A stretch of DNA of 64,000 nucleotides, from IMG/VR virus record IMGVR_UViG_3300045988_159113, one strand, 5' to 3'. The translations under genes and the position numbers were made by a program. A model generated the notes under the pieces. The model had not been told where the DNA came from. It saw only the letters and a program-made list of their open reading frames with translations, and made no database searches. The first letter of the stretch is position 1. Each line of letters opens with the position of its first letter. Source of the DNA: a virus. Positions 52,676 to 62,938 of the stretch are shown piece by piece.

Positions 52676-53269
52676 ATGTTGTACACAGTCGGAGAGTTCA
52701 CTAGAAAAACGGTGAGCGGATACAATGAAGGCGAGGCATTCTCGAAGCTGCCGTTTATGGTAGTCGGGAGTGCCACGCAAGCATTCAACAAATGGAAAGA
52801 GAACTATAAGCACCCTATGAATGAGATGGCCGAAAACCAGTTTATGCTTGACTATCTGGCTAAGATGTCAAAGAATGCGCCAGGTATCGGCTACTCAATC
52901 CTTATAGACAAACCACACCAAGACACGCGAGTCAGACCCTGGAAGTTTACAAGTATCCCAGGGTATAAGAGACTAACACGTAGAAAGTTAGAGGATGTGA
53001 TCCAAGTCATAGGATACGATAATGAAGGGCACACCTTCCTTTTGGGAGAGCTTAAAGGACACTATAAAGACGCCATGAAGGTAGCACGTCAAGCATTCGC
53101 TGACGGCTTTAAAGGACATATCGAAGGGCGCCATATCTACCGAGTACCTCAGGATTGCGTCGAGCTTTGCTTTGCTGCTGATTATGCACCTAGCAAGTTT
53201 GCCAATGAGGGAATCTGGATTTGTTTTGGCATTGTTAATAAACCAATAGTGGAGAAAGAAGAAGAATGA
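52676..53269 (+). CDS. hypothetical protein
   Basis: 197-aa ORF. Confidence 0.6.
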   Translation: MLYTVGEFTRKTVSGYNEGEAFSKLPFMVVGSATQAFNKWKENYKHPMNEMAENQFMLDYLAKMSKNAPGIGYSILIDKPHQDTRVRPWKFTSIPGYKRLTRRKLEDVIQVIGYDNEGHTFLLGELKGHYKDAMKVARQAFADGFKGHIEGRHIYRVPQDCVELCFAADYAPSKFANEGIWICFGIVNKPIVEKEEE

Positions 53270-53619
53270 ATAGACCGGAGGTTTACGTTGTGCTTGTTGG
53301 AGACGGAGAAGACAAGCACGTGCATTGTGTGGCAAAAGGCCCGCAGATAGCCAAGAGAATCCAAGCAGAGCTACAAGAATCCCAAAACTTCGATGGATTG
53401 CCATATAGTAAATGGTACGCTCTACAGTATAGATTAAACTCTTTCTATTCGGAGAATAATTTGACAGATGAAGATTTGGACAGTACAGAGGGTGAGCTTA
53501 TCCATAAGTATATCGACAAGACAATTGACATAGACCTTTGGAATAAAGCCACCGAATACTACCAAGACACAGACCCAGATGTTGTTGAAATTGTAAAAAC
53601 TGAAATGTATAATCGCTGA
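53266..53619 (+). CDS. hypothetical protein
   Basis: 117-aa ORF with ATGA coupling. Confidence 0.55.
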   Translation: MNRPEVYVVLVGDGEDKHVHCVAKGPQIAKRIQAELQESQNFDGLPYSKWYALQYRLNSFYSENNLTDEDLDSTEGELIHKYIDKTIDIDLWNKATEYYQDTDPDVVEIVKTEMYNR

Positions 53620-54377
53620 TGGAAATCGAAATGAAGGACCTGCTCGAAGGGCAGTCAACAATTATTAGGGGAAAAGAGTTTAACGAGACAAAGGCATATG
53701 TTCAGCCTTTTATTGATAGATTCAAAAGTGAGACAGATGATTTCCGAATACGTGTCATTTCACCTTCGCAACTTTCAGTATCTGCTGATGGGACAGTAAA
53801 TCAGGTATATAACCGTGTACTCATTGAGGCGATTATTCCTACTGCTTTTGATATTGCTGATGTTGTAGGTATGACCTATGCGCTGGATGTTAGGTATCCT
53901 GTCGTCAAGTTCTTCAAGGGAGTCAAGGATAACCTGGAAGGTGGGCAGTTGTACATAGACAACACAAACAATATAGTCTATGGAGACATTACACCAGATA
54001 CTCCTATTGATTACTCTATCCTTGATAGGCTCATTGCAAAAGAGGTGAAGACTAACGAGTGGATGGAGAGTTTGAAGACTAAGGACTTCGATGCATCCAA
54101 TGATAATGTCAACTATACACTCGGGCAATGGGTGCGCTTTGCATTGAATATAGAGAGAAGCACAGACTACGGAACAATAAAAATAGGATATGCTGATATC
54201 GTTTCCGGATACAAATATCTTTTCGAGACACGAGACAGCAATTACTACAAAGGGCTTGGAGTTCATACCGATTATCTCAACATCTTCTCAGCTATGAGTG
54301 ATGTTATCTATAACGGCAAAGATATTGTAAATATTCCAGAAAAAACCGTATTATTGAAACAGATATTGTCTATTTGA
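53619..54377 (+). CDS. hypothetical protein
   Basis: 252-aa ORF with a TGATG overlap. A terminator follows. Confidence 0.6.
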   Translation: MEIEMKDLLEGQSTIIRGKEFNETKAYVQPFIDRFKSETDDFRIRVISPSQLSVSADGTVNQVYNRVLIEAIIPTAFDIADVVGMTYALDVRYPVVKFFKGVKDNLEGGQLYIDNTNNIVYGDITPDTPIDYSILDRLIAKEVKTNEWMESLKTKDFDASNDNVNYTLGQWVRFALNIERSTDYGTIKIGYADIVSGYKYLFETRDSNYYKGLGVHTDYLNIFSAMSDVIYNGKDIVNIPEKTVLLKQILSI

Positions 54378-54380
54378 ACT

Positions 54381-54403
54381 AGCGGGGACTTCCCCGCTTT
54401 TTT
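54381..54403 (+). terminator. rho-independent terminator
   Basis: AGCGGGG-actt-CCCCGCT followed by a T-run. Confidence 0.8.
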
Positions 54404-54438
54404 GGTCTATATATGTTTAATTTTAAATAATACGAGTT

Positions 54439-56544
54439 ATGAAAGTAAAAAAGAGGAATGGAGAATTGCAGGATTTTGACTTCAACAAAATTCGGTGTGC
54501 CGTTATGAAAGCCTTTGAGGAGTGCGGTGTTCAGCTGTCGAAATATGAAGAAAAAGACCTATTCGAGTCTATAGAAGACAAGATCCCTAACTTAGAGAAA
54601 AACGGAGTAGTTGATCTTGAGGATATACAAAACTTGAATGAAAGCCAGCTGATGTTTTGGGGATACTATGACGTAGCTAAGGCGTATATCATATACAGGT
54701 ATAATAGGGCGCTATTGAGAAAAGAAAACAGTACTGACCAATCAGTCGCTCAACTGATCGATGGAACCAATGAATACTGGAATAAGGAAAACGCAAACAA
54801 GAGAGCAGAGCGTACAAGTACACAGCGCGACTATGTGGCAGGCATTACATCAACAGATGTAGCACGTCGTTTGATATTGCCAGAGGATGTAATAAAGGCG
54901 CACGATGAGGGCATTATCCATTTTCATGATATTGATTATCTTATCCATAAAGGGGAGACAAATTGCAGTCTTATCAATTTGCAGGACATGCTTGATAATG
55001 GCACAGTTATCAATGACATCAAGATCGAAAGCCCGCATCGTTTCCTTACAGCATGCACTATAGCAACCCAGATAATCATGGGAGTAGCATCCAATCAATA
55101 CGGAGGTTGTACTATAAGCATTGCACACCTTGCACCTTATCTTAGGAAGTCAAAAAAGTACTATCAGAAAAAGTATCCAGAACAAGCGAATCTGTTATAC
55201 AAAAAAGAGCTTGAAGATGGAGTCCAGACTTTCAACTATCAGGTAAACAGCATGTCAGCATCAACTGGCCAGTCGCCGTTCTTAACTGTACATATCGATC
55301 TTGAGGAAATCCCGGAATACACGCAAGAGATCTATGAGATTGCAATGGAATTTTTAAGTCAGAGAATTTTGGGATTTAAAAATAAACTCGGTGTTTATAT
55401 AACACCGACATTTCCAAAAATCATCGTTGTCCTCAGAGATAAGTATTTCGAAAAAGACATTGACGAGAAGACTAAGGCTTTTATTCATAAGTGCGCAGAA
55501 TGTACGGCGTTACGTATGGTTCCTGATTATATGTCCGAGAAGCTTATGATGAAGTACAAGGGCGCAGTTGTTCCAGCGATGGGTTGTCGCTCGCTACTGA
55601 AGCCTATGTGGATAGATGGGAAACTCAAACTTTGGGGCAGGTTTAACCTTGGAGTTTGTACTCTTAACCTTCCACATGTTGCCTATTCGTCAGGTGGAGA
55701 TTTTGATAAGTTCTGGGAATTGATGGATGAGCGCACAGAGCTCATACGTAAGGCTCAGCTTGTACGTGTCAATAGAATTGCAAACTCTACAACTGATGTT
55801 GCACCTCTTCTTTGGCAGCATGGAGCATTTGCTAGATTACCTGAACATACAAAGCTTAGCCAAATAATCTATGGCGGTTATGCATCCATTAGTCTTGGAT
55901 ATGCTGGACTTTATGAATGTGTAAAGATCATGACAGGAGAAAGCCAGAGTGGGAACGAAGGCTATAAGTTCGCCGAGCAAGTCATGGCTTATCTTGATAA
56001 TAAGACCAAGAAGTGGACAGAACTTGATAATCTCGGCTGGAGCGTTTACGGAACTCCTATCGAGTCGACTACCTGGAAGTTTGCAAAGTCTTTGAAGAAG
56101 TTCGGATATGATCGTGAATACATCACGAATAGTATCCATATTCCAGTCTTTGAAAACATTGATCCATTTAAGAAATTAGAGATTGAAGGAAAGCTTCAGG
56201 TATACAGTACAGGCGGTAATGTGAATTACATAGAGAGCGCCAACATGCGAAAGAATCCTGACGCTATTATCGATGTTATGAAGGCTATAAATGACCACTG
56301 CCTCTATGCTGAGATAAACGGAAAAAATGATTTCTGTGAAGCTTGTGGATCTACAGAAGAGCAGCAGCTCGACGATGACGGAAATTGGTTCTGTCCTGTG
56401 TGTGGATGTACCGACTCATCCAAGCTATACCATCCTCGCCGAATTTGTGGATATATCCAAGTCGGCGATGTAAATAAAGGCAGAGCTGGAGATATCAAAA
56501 ACCGTTTTGTACATTTAGACAATAGAACATATGAACAGGTATAA
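54439..56544 (+). CDS. nrdD: anaerobic ribonucleoside-triphosphate reductase (class III)
   Basis: N-terminal ATP-cone (VKKRNGELQDFDFNKIRCAVMKAF). C-terminal Zn site CEACG...CPVCG and glycyl-radical motif RRICGYI. Confidence 0.9.
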   Translation: MKVKKRNGELQDFDFNKIRCAVMKAFEECGVQLSKYEEKDLFESIEDKIPNLEKNGVVDLEDIQNLNESQLMFWGYYDVAKAYIIYRYNRALLRKENSTDQSVAQLIDGTNEYWNKENANKRAERTSTQRDYVAGITSTDVARRLILPEDVIKAHDEGIIHFHDIDYLIHKGETNCSLINLQDMLDNGTVINDIKIESPHRFLTACTIATQIIMGVASNQYGGCTISIAHLAPYLRKSKKYYQKKYPEQANLLYKKELEDGVQTFNYQVNSMSASTGQSPFLTVHIDLEEIPEYTQEIYEIAMEFLSQRILGFKNKLGVYITPTFPKIIVVLRDKYFEKDIDEKTKAFIHKCAECTALRMVPDYMSEKLMMKYKGAVVPAMGCRSLLKPMWIDGKLKLWGRFNLGVCTLNLPHVAYSSGGDFDKFWELMDERTELIRKAQLVRVNRIANSTTDVAPLLWQHGAFARLPEHTKLSQIIYGGYASISLGYAGLYECVKIMTGESQSGNEGYKFAEQVMAYLDNKTKKWTELDNLGWSVYGTPIESTTWKFAKSLKKFGYDREYITNSIHIPVFENIDPFKKLEIEGKLQVYSTGGNVNYIESANMRKNPDAIIDVMKAINDHCLYAEINGKNDFCEACGSTEEQQLDDDGNWFCPVCGCTDSSKLYHPRRICGYIQVGDVNKGRAGDIKNRFVHLDNRTYEQV

Positions 56545-57037
56545 CCAAATCAGAGATCTTGACATTTCAAACGGTCCAGGTTGTCGTGTTTCCATCTTTC
56601 TCCAAGGTTGTCCTATTCATTGCTCCGGGTGTTTCAACTCTGAGCTTTGGGATTTTAACGGAGGCCGGGAAGTGAACGATGAAACACTTGACACTATCCG
56701 CTCTTTGGTAAACAGGCCGTATATCAAAGGCTTGTCTATTCTTGGAGGGGAGCCGTTGTGTGAAGAGAACCTGCAAACTGTCGCTGCACTATGTGATATA
56801 GTCAAGGCGATCCCGGACAAGACAGTCTGGGTTTATACAGGCTATAGCTACGAAGGCTTTAACGAAGGCCAGAAACAAGCGATAGATAAAGCAGACGTAG
56901 TAGTAGATGGAAAATTTGAAAAAGGTTTGTATAATCATGACCTTATTTTTAAAGGTAGTAAGAACCAGCGAATCATCGACTGGCAGAAAACGAAAAATGA
57001 AAATCGAATCATTCTCGTGAGTGATTACGCGGAGTGA
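56531..57037 (+). CDS. nrdG: anaerobic RNR activating protein (radical SAM)
   Basis: DISNGPGCRVSIFLQGCPIHCSGCFN (CxxxCxxC cluster). Overlaps the nrdD 3' end. Confidence 0.85.
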   Translation: MNRYNQIRDLDISNGPGCRVSIFLQGCPIHCSGCFNSELWDFNGGREVNDETLDTIRSLVNRPYIKGLSILGGEPLCEENLQTVAALCDIVKAIPDKTVWVYTGYSYEGFNEGQKQAIDKADVVVDGKFEKGLYNHDLIFKGSKNQRIIDWQKTKNENRIILVSDYAE

Positions 57038-57047
57038 TAACTAACAG

Positions 57048-57080
57048 CGGGCGCCTATAATAGGTGCCCGTTTCTATTTT
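57048..57080 (+). terminator. rho-independent terminator
   Basis: CGGGCGCC-tataata-GGTGCCCG followed by tttctatttt. Confidence 0.7.
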
Positions 57081-57136
57081 AAAGATTAACCATTTAAAAG
57101 ATCAGAAGATTATGAGAACATACAGAAACAAACAAT

Positions 57137-57844
57137 ATGACATTCCAGGAGTATATAGAAAACCGTTTAGAAAGTCGCGCGTTAATGAACTATGAAGATC
57201 TGGTGTTAGGATTAGATAATGCACGCGTTAAAAGATTAGCATCTAGCAGATATGAGCGTGATAGTTTACTTTTAAACAGCAAGACAAAGGAAGAATATAT
57301 AGCCGAAGTTTTGACTCGTATATCACAAAAGGACGCCTTCACTTGTACGTCATATGTCAAACGTCCACTTCAGCAGAACGAGGCAGAGCTTGCTCAGTTT
57401 GATTTTATCCGTGAAAACCTGGATGATTTTGATATGGAATTCACAAGGCTAAATACTACCGGCTACTCGGTAGATGATGATGGCGGTATTGTGAGTGGAT
57501 CACATCCGAGTACACACACAATAGACTTCCAGTTTTCCGGATCCTATCTGTATTATGTATATGCAAAATATACCAGCTGCTATAATGAGGCGCAGATGGA
57601 CGATTTGCTACATTTTGCAGAACGAGCAAAGCATAACAGAGAGAGAAACGTAAAGTTTATATTCCTCCTTGACGGTTCTTTTTATAGCAAGAAAACAAAA
57701 ACACATAGCAGATATTACGGAGAAACAAGACTCGAGTATTTCAAGCATCAATACAGAAGTCGTAAATTCATAATAGGGACATCTGATGATGTAGTTAAAA
57801 AGATCGCGAGATTAGAAACTAGAAAATGTAATTTTCAATTTTAA
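57137..57844 (+). CDS. hypothetical protein
   Basis: 235-aa ORF. Confidence 0.6.
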   Translation: MTFQEYIENRLESRALMNYEDLVLGLDNARVKRLASSRYERDSLLLNSKTKEEYIAEVLTRISQKDAFTCTSYVKRPLQQNEAELAQFDFIRENLDDFDMEFTRLNTTGYSVDDDGGIVSGSHPSTHTIDFQFSGSYLYYVYAKYTSCYNEAQMDDLLHFAERAKHNRERNVKFIFLLDGSFYSKKTKTHSRYYGETRLEYFKHQYRSRKFIIGTSDDVVKKIARLETRKCNFQF

Positions 57845-57908
57845 ACCTTTAATGATTTAAACAGTCAAAACAAAAGATGACATAATTATAAACTAGAAAT
57901 TCTTTTTC

Positions 57909-59255
57909 ATGGAAAAAGTAAAACTAGGAGAACAGCAATCGCAAGCATTGGAAGAAATCCGCGAGTTTCTACTCGGTGATGATTTTGCTTTTTGTTTGTA
58001 TGGCAGCGCAGGAACTGGCAAATCCTTTATGGTCAAGCAGATTATAAAACTTGTGAGAAGTATGAAGAAGCAGTATTGCCTGGTTGCCCCTACACACAAA
58101 GCTGCGCTCGTGATGCGAGCATACACCGGAGAACGTGCTGATACTCTACACTACTTGTTGGCTTTATCTCCAAACCTTGAGATTTTGAAGCTCGATCTTA
58201 ACCAGTTAGAGTTTCAGAGTAAAAGCTCAGAATTCATACCGATCAATGGTGTTGTTATCTGTGATGAAGCATCTATGATAAATGACGACCTGTACGATAT
58301 CCTTATTGAGAAATGCTCGGAACTTAACACAAAGGTAATATTCTGCGGAGATATCAAACAGTTGCAGCCTGTAGAAGGTCGTAACTATTCAAAAGTCTTT
58401 CAACTGAAAAACAGATTCGAGCTTACTAAAATCTACAGACAAAAAGACGGGTCGGCCATAGCACCTCTGCTTCTTGAATTGAGAAATGACGTGATAGGCG
58501 ACATTGAGACGAAGGAATCAGAGCATGGCAGCTTGTATGTATACGACGATATCAAAGAATACGCCGACCAGATGGTGCGGTGTTTTAAGGAAGGAATAGA
58601 ACGACAAGATGTGTTGTATGCAAAAGCGTTGGCTTATACCAACAACAGAGTTGCAGAGTATAATCGCGTGATGCATCAGCTCGTCTTTGGAAAAGCTCCA
58701 TATTACAAAGGTGAAATATTGACAGCTTACAGCAATTTCAGCGGAAAGAGAACTAAGTTTTTCAACAGCATGGATTATATCATCGCTGAGGAACCTATAA
58801 CAACTGAGGCATATGTTAAGGATCTTAGAGAAACATTCCTCGTTCACATGTTGACATTAAAGGATCCACTATCCGGATTTTCTGATGTTGTGTACATGAT
58901 GGATAAAAACAACGACGAGGAAAAGTTCGATATGTTAGCAGCAGAAGTTGAAGGAATCCGTGTGAAAGCTTTAAACTCTACGGGAAAAAGGAAGTCTATG
59001 TTTTGGAGTATGTATTTTAGACTTACTGAAACATTTGTTTTGCCACTCGATCTTTATTACGAAGGTCGTATGGTTATGAAAAAAGGGCTCGATTATGGCT
59101 ATGCTATAACAGTCCACAAATCGCAGGGGTCGTCTATCTCCAAAACCTTTGTAGATCTGAGAGATATAAGAAAGCAGAAGATAAGAGACGAGTTGAGACA
59201 GCTGGAGTATGTGGCATTGTCTCGTGCGTCTGGTGATGTTTTTATTTATGAATAA
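57909..59255 (+). CDS. RecD/Dda-like SF1 helicase
   Basis: LYGSAGTGKSF (Walker A), VICDEASMI (Walker B), CGDIKQLQPV, AITVHKSQGSS. Confidence 0.8.
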   Translation: MEKVKLGEQQSQALEEIREFLLGDDFAFCLYGSAGTGKSFMVKQIIKLVRSMKKQYCLVAPTHKAALVMRAYTGERADTLHYLLALSPNLEILKLDLNQLEFQSKSSEFIPINGVVICDEASMINDDLYDILIEKCSELNTKVIFCGDIKQLQPVEGRNYSKVFQLKNRFELTKIYRQKDGSAIAPLLLELRNDVIGDIETKESEHGSLYVYDDIKEYADQMVRCFKEGIERQDVLYAKALAYTNNRVAEYNRVMHQLVFGKAPYYKGEILTAYSNFSGKRTKFFNSMDYIIAEEPITTEAYVKDLRETFLVHMLTLKDPLSGFSDVVYMMDKNNDEEKFDMLAAEVEGIRVKALNSTGKRKSMFWSMYFRLTETFVLPLDLYYEGRMVMKKGLDYGYAITVHKSQGSSISKTFVDLRDIRKQKIRDELRQLEYVALSRASGDVFIYE

Positions 59256-59258
59256 CCT

Positions 59259-60050
59259 ATGGTAAAAATCGATGTCGTGTTTGCTGATCCGAAAGAGATC
59301 ACTGATGACGAGATGTCTCGTCTTGTTGATGATGAAGTCGTACACTATGAAATAATAGACGGCGGAAGTCTTCGAGGTATTCCCAAGATGGCAAAGTTGA
59401 AGAGCCTGACAGCTGCGAAGAAAACACCATTTGCAGTTGTATACAATCCAGATAAAAGCATCAAGAGGGTCTACTATAAGGAAGAACACCAGAAGCCCAT
59501 ATCTAAGATGCTTAGAAATATCGAGTTCGAGAAATACAGAAGGACGGGATTTTATGAAGGAATACCCAGAAATTACAATGATGAATTTTTTAAACAGCGG
59601 ATCATGGAGTTAGAGGTAAACATCAAGAAGTTAGACGAACGTGCAGTATTGCCAAAGTATGAAACAGAAGGAGCTGCATGTATGGACTTGGTACCTGTGA
59701 GTGTAGAATATAAAGAAGACATCGACTGCTGGGTTTATCATTCCGGTTTAAGCTTCGAGATTCCGGTGGGTTTTTTCATGTCGATACAACCACGAAGTAG
59801 TAGCAGGAAGAGCGACGCATATATGCCAAACACACCCGGCATAGTGGATGCAGATTTTAGGGGGGAGGTTGTCGCCTGTTATAAAAACAGAGACCCAAAT
59901 AACAAAAAGCCACCTTTTGAACTTAATGGTAAGGGTGTGGCTCAAATCATGATCTTACCATATCCTCGTATTATATGGCGTGAGGTTGATAAACTCACAG
60001 ATACAGAACGAGGCGTTGGAGGTTTCGGATCAACGGACAATAAATCATGA
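59259..60050 (+). CDS. dut: dUTPase with ~115-aa N-terminal extension
   Basis: LPKYETEGAACMDL, GIVDADFRGEV, ERGVGGFGSTD in the C-terminal ~145 aa. Confidence 0.8.
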   Translation: MVKIDVVFADPKEITDDEMSRLVDDEVVHYEIIDGGSLRGIPKMAKLKSLTAAKKTPFAVVYNPDKSIKRVYYKEEHQKPISKMLRNIEFEKYRRTGFYEGIPRNYNDEFFKQRIMELEVNIKKLDERAVLPKYETEGAACMDLVPVSVEYKEDIDCWVYHSGLSFEIPVGFFMSIQPRSSSRKSDAYMPNTPGIVDADFRGEVVACYKNRDPNNKKPPFELNGKGVAQIMILPYPRIIWREVDKLTDTERGVGGFGSTDNKS

Positions 60051-60196
60051 ATATCATAGATCGTTTAGCAGCCGCTACTCTCTGCTCTAAGACTAGGGCA
60101 GAGAGTGCTTTGAAATCAAGCACAAGCTACGAGGATGCAGTCAAACTTGTCAGATTATTACAAAAACAAGATGCGATGAATTTAGACTGTGAATGA
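60047..60196 (+). CDS. possible small protein (49 aa)
   Basis: ATGA overlap with the dut stop. MNIIDRLAAATLCSKTRAESALKSSTSYEDAVKLVRLL has a UBA/EF-Ts-N-like helical pattern (weak). Confidence 0.35.
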   Translation: MNIIDRLAAATLCSKTRAESALKSSTSYEDAVKLVRLLQKQDAMNLDCE

Positions 60197-60203
60197 ATAA
60201 TAT

Positions 60204-61043
60204 GTGAGAAAAATTGTAATTAAGCAGCTGTACACAAATGTTGATGATCAGCTGAGAAGGTATTTTCTGGATATACGCAGGATACCAGTAATGACTCCGG
60301 AAGAGGAGAATGAGCTAATCGCTCGATTGCCTGATCCAGAAGCAAGAGAGAGGTTGATAAATGCGAATCTGAGATTTGTTGTTAGTATAGCCAAGATTTA
60401 TCAAGGAAACGGTTTGGAACTCATGGACCTTATCTCCCTAGGAAATCTTGGTCTTTGTAAATCCGTAGAGTATTACAACAAAGACTACAACGTTAAATTT
60501 CTAAGCTACGCGGGATGGTGGATCAAGCAGGCTATCATTAACGGTTTAAGTGAAGACGTTAAGCCTGTTATAGCTCCGAATGTTGTAAGGCATGCGTTCA
60601 GCAAAATCAAGCGTGTCGTGAACGAGTACTTCGCACAACACGGCACAGAACCGGACCAGGAGTACGTAATGGAACACGCAAAGATTACACCCTCTGAATA
60701 CAACCGGGCTATGATGTGTTTTGTGTCTTTCGCTTCTCTGAGTGATACAGCAGGAAGTGATGAGCATGATAAAAGAGAGATAGGCGAGACACTGGTTGCG
60801 GATGATGCGACTTTTGAAGACGATATGGATAACCAGGGAACAAGTGAAGCAATACGCGACATGATGGCTGATTTACCTTGGCGTGAAAGGATGATCATCA
60901 AATATTCGTTCGGCTTTGATTGTCAGGCATTATCTGTTTCTAAAATCGCTAAGCTCATAAGTATAACACCTGAGAGAGTGAGACAAATAAAAGCAAAAGT
61001 ATTGGCAGAATTCAAAGAAAAAATAAGACGCGATGGATTATGA
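60204..61043 (+). CDS. sigma-70 family RNA polymerase sigma factor (GTG start)
   Basis: YFLDIRRIPVMTPEEENELI, NLRFVVSIAKIYQGNGLELMDLISLGNLGL...FLSYAGWWIKQAI, and region 4 IAKLISITPERVRQIKAKVL. Confidence 0.8.
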   Translation: MRKIVIKQLYTNVDDQLRRYFLDIRRIPVMTPEEENELIARLPDPEARERLINANLRFVVSIAKIYQGNGLELMDLISLGNLGLCKSVEYYNKDYNVKFLSYAGWWIKQAIINGLSEDVKPVIAPNVVRHAFSKIKRVVNEYFAQHGTEPDQEYVMEHAKITPSEYNRAMMCFVSFASLSDTAGSDEHDKREIGETLVADDATFEDDMDNQGTSEAIRDMMADLPWRERMIIKYSFGFDCQALSVSKIAKLISITPERVRQIKAKVLAEFKEKIRRDGL

Positions 61044-62938
61044 CGTTGGAAATTTATGACCTTCAAGCTTATCCAAACTACATTGTTTTTACTGGATATA
61101 GGCCAAAGACTGACGAGTGGTTTATCTATAGGATAGGCGAAGGGATTAACGAATACGAGGCTCTCATGGAGCATTTGGAGAGCGGGCTTTTGATGGTTGG
61201 GTTTGATAACATTTACCACGATTGGCAGATTCTACAAAATATGCTCGACTGTCGGAAGATGTTTCAAGGAAGCAATGGAACCAGTATCTGCGGGCAGATG
61301 ATGCTAAGGATCGCAGGAATGAAAGACGGGACTATTGAGACAATCCCAGAGTTCAGGTTTACAGTTAGACAGATCGACCTATTCCGTATGTGGCACTTGT
61401 ACAACAAGAACAGGCGTGCAACACTGAATGATATAAAGTTCAGCTGCAGAATGTCGAAGATCTACACGCTGCCGTATAGCTACGACTCTTTTATAGCGGA
61501 TAAGGAACCAGTGGATGCATACAGCAAAAATAACGTCGAAGCTATCCATCGGTTCTTTCTTACTACTATCGGACGAGATGATTATCCTATATACAAGGGA
61601 ATCAACAAAATCGCGTTCCGTGAAGAGTTGAGAAAAGAGTATGGTGTGCAGTGCCTGAATACTGCCGATGCTGTACTTGGGAAAAAGATGATCCTTGTTT
61701 TGTATTCAAAAGCGGTAGGTTTACCTATTTCTGAGATACGAGAAATGAAAACAGCAAGGGATACAATAAACCTTGGGTCCTGTATTCCTTGGTTCTGTAA
61801 TGTAAAAACACCAGAGTTTACCAATGTATTGGATACGTGGAAAAAGACAGTGATAAAATCAGACACAGAGAACGATATAAAGATTCCCGCAGTTTTTCAT
61901 GATACTCAGTTTGTTTTTACACTAGGAGGTTTGCACTCAGTAGCCAAACCTGGAATCTATGAATCAGATAATGATTTCGTGATTATGGACTATGACGTGC
62001 AATCCCTGTATCCTTCGCTTGGCAGACTTCTTGAACTCTACCCAGAACATCTTGGCCCAGTCTTTACTAAACTCTACTCTAAGTTTCTAGATCTGAAACT
62101 TGAAGAAGCAAAGAAAGAGAACCCGGACAAAGCAAAGATCGGACTTCTCAAACTCGTTTTGAATGCTATATATGGAAACAGTAATGAGCCAAAATCATTT
62201 CTGTATGATCCATTGTACACATACAAAACAACAATATCGGGGCAAATATTCACTGCTATGTGGTGTGAGATGCTGGTGACTATATGCCCAAATATAGAAT
62301 TTATATCCGTAAATACAGACGGTATATGTTGTAAGATTCCAAGGGATAAACAGGAGCTGATACTTAGATTGAATGATAAGATATACGGAAAGTTTGGCTT
62401 TCTTATAAGTGTTGAAGAATACGAGCGGTTGATAGTTAAGGATGTCAACAACTATATCGCTATCTATCCAGGAAGCACACGAGAGAATGAACACGTGAAA
62501 CTCAGGGGATGTTTTGATACTTCTCCTGACTATTACGGGGACACCTCAAAACGTGCCATTCCAAAGGCTCTGAAGGAGTTTTTCGTCTATGGTGTACCAA
62601 TCGAAGAGTCGATAAAAAACAACTCTGACGTTTACGATTTCTGTTTGAAGATTAAACCTTTAACTGGTGGCTCTGTCCTATATAGGACAATACAGCATGC
62701 ACAGATAGAAACAAAGAATCTAGGAGAGTTTGCGAGGTATTACATCACGAAGTCAGGGCCTGGTTCTATTCTCAGAGTGTCAGAGTCAGGAACACAGACG
62801 CTAGTTCATCCTGGGAAATCTTGCGCTCTCTTTAATTTGAATTGGGGAGAAAAGCCTATGATAGATTACAGCTTCTATATTTCCGAAGCGAATAAAATAA
62901 AAGATTCAGTAGTTAGTTCACAACTTACTTTATTCTGA
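61040..62938 (+). CDS. family B DNA polymerase
   Basis: Motif A DYDVQSLYPS. Motif B KLVLNAIYGNS. Motif C SVNTDGI. Confidence 0.8.
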   Translation: MTLEIYDLQAYPNYIVFTGYRPKTDEWFIYRIGEGINEYEALMEHLESGLLMVGFDNIYHDWQILQNMLDCRKMFQGSNGTSICGQMMLRIAGMKDGTIETIPEFRFTVRQIDLFRMWHLYNKNRRATLNDIKFSCRMSKIYTLPYSYDSFIADKEPVDAYSKNNVEAIHRFFLTTIGRDDYPIYKGINKIAFREELRKEYGVQCLNTADAVLGKKMILVLYSKAVGLPISEIREMKTARDTINLGSCIPWFCNVKTPEFTNVLDTWKKTVIKSDTENDIKIPAVFHDTQFVFTLGGLHSVAKPGIYESDNDFVIMDYDVQSLYPSLGRLLELYPEHLGPVFTKLYSKFLDLKLEEAKKENPDKAKIGLLKLVLNAIYGNSNEPKSFLYDPLYTYKTTISGQIFTAMWCEMLVTICPNIEFISVNTDGICCKIPRDKQELILRLNDKIYGKFGFLISVEEYERLIVKDVNNYIAIYPGSTRENEHVKLRGCFDTSPDYYGDTSKRAIPKALKEFFVYGVPIEESIKNNSDVYDFCLKIKPLTGGSVLYRTIQHAQIETKNLGEFARYYITKSGPGSILRVSESGTQTLVHPGKSCALFNLNWGEKPMIDYSFYISEANKIKDSVVSSQLTLF

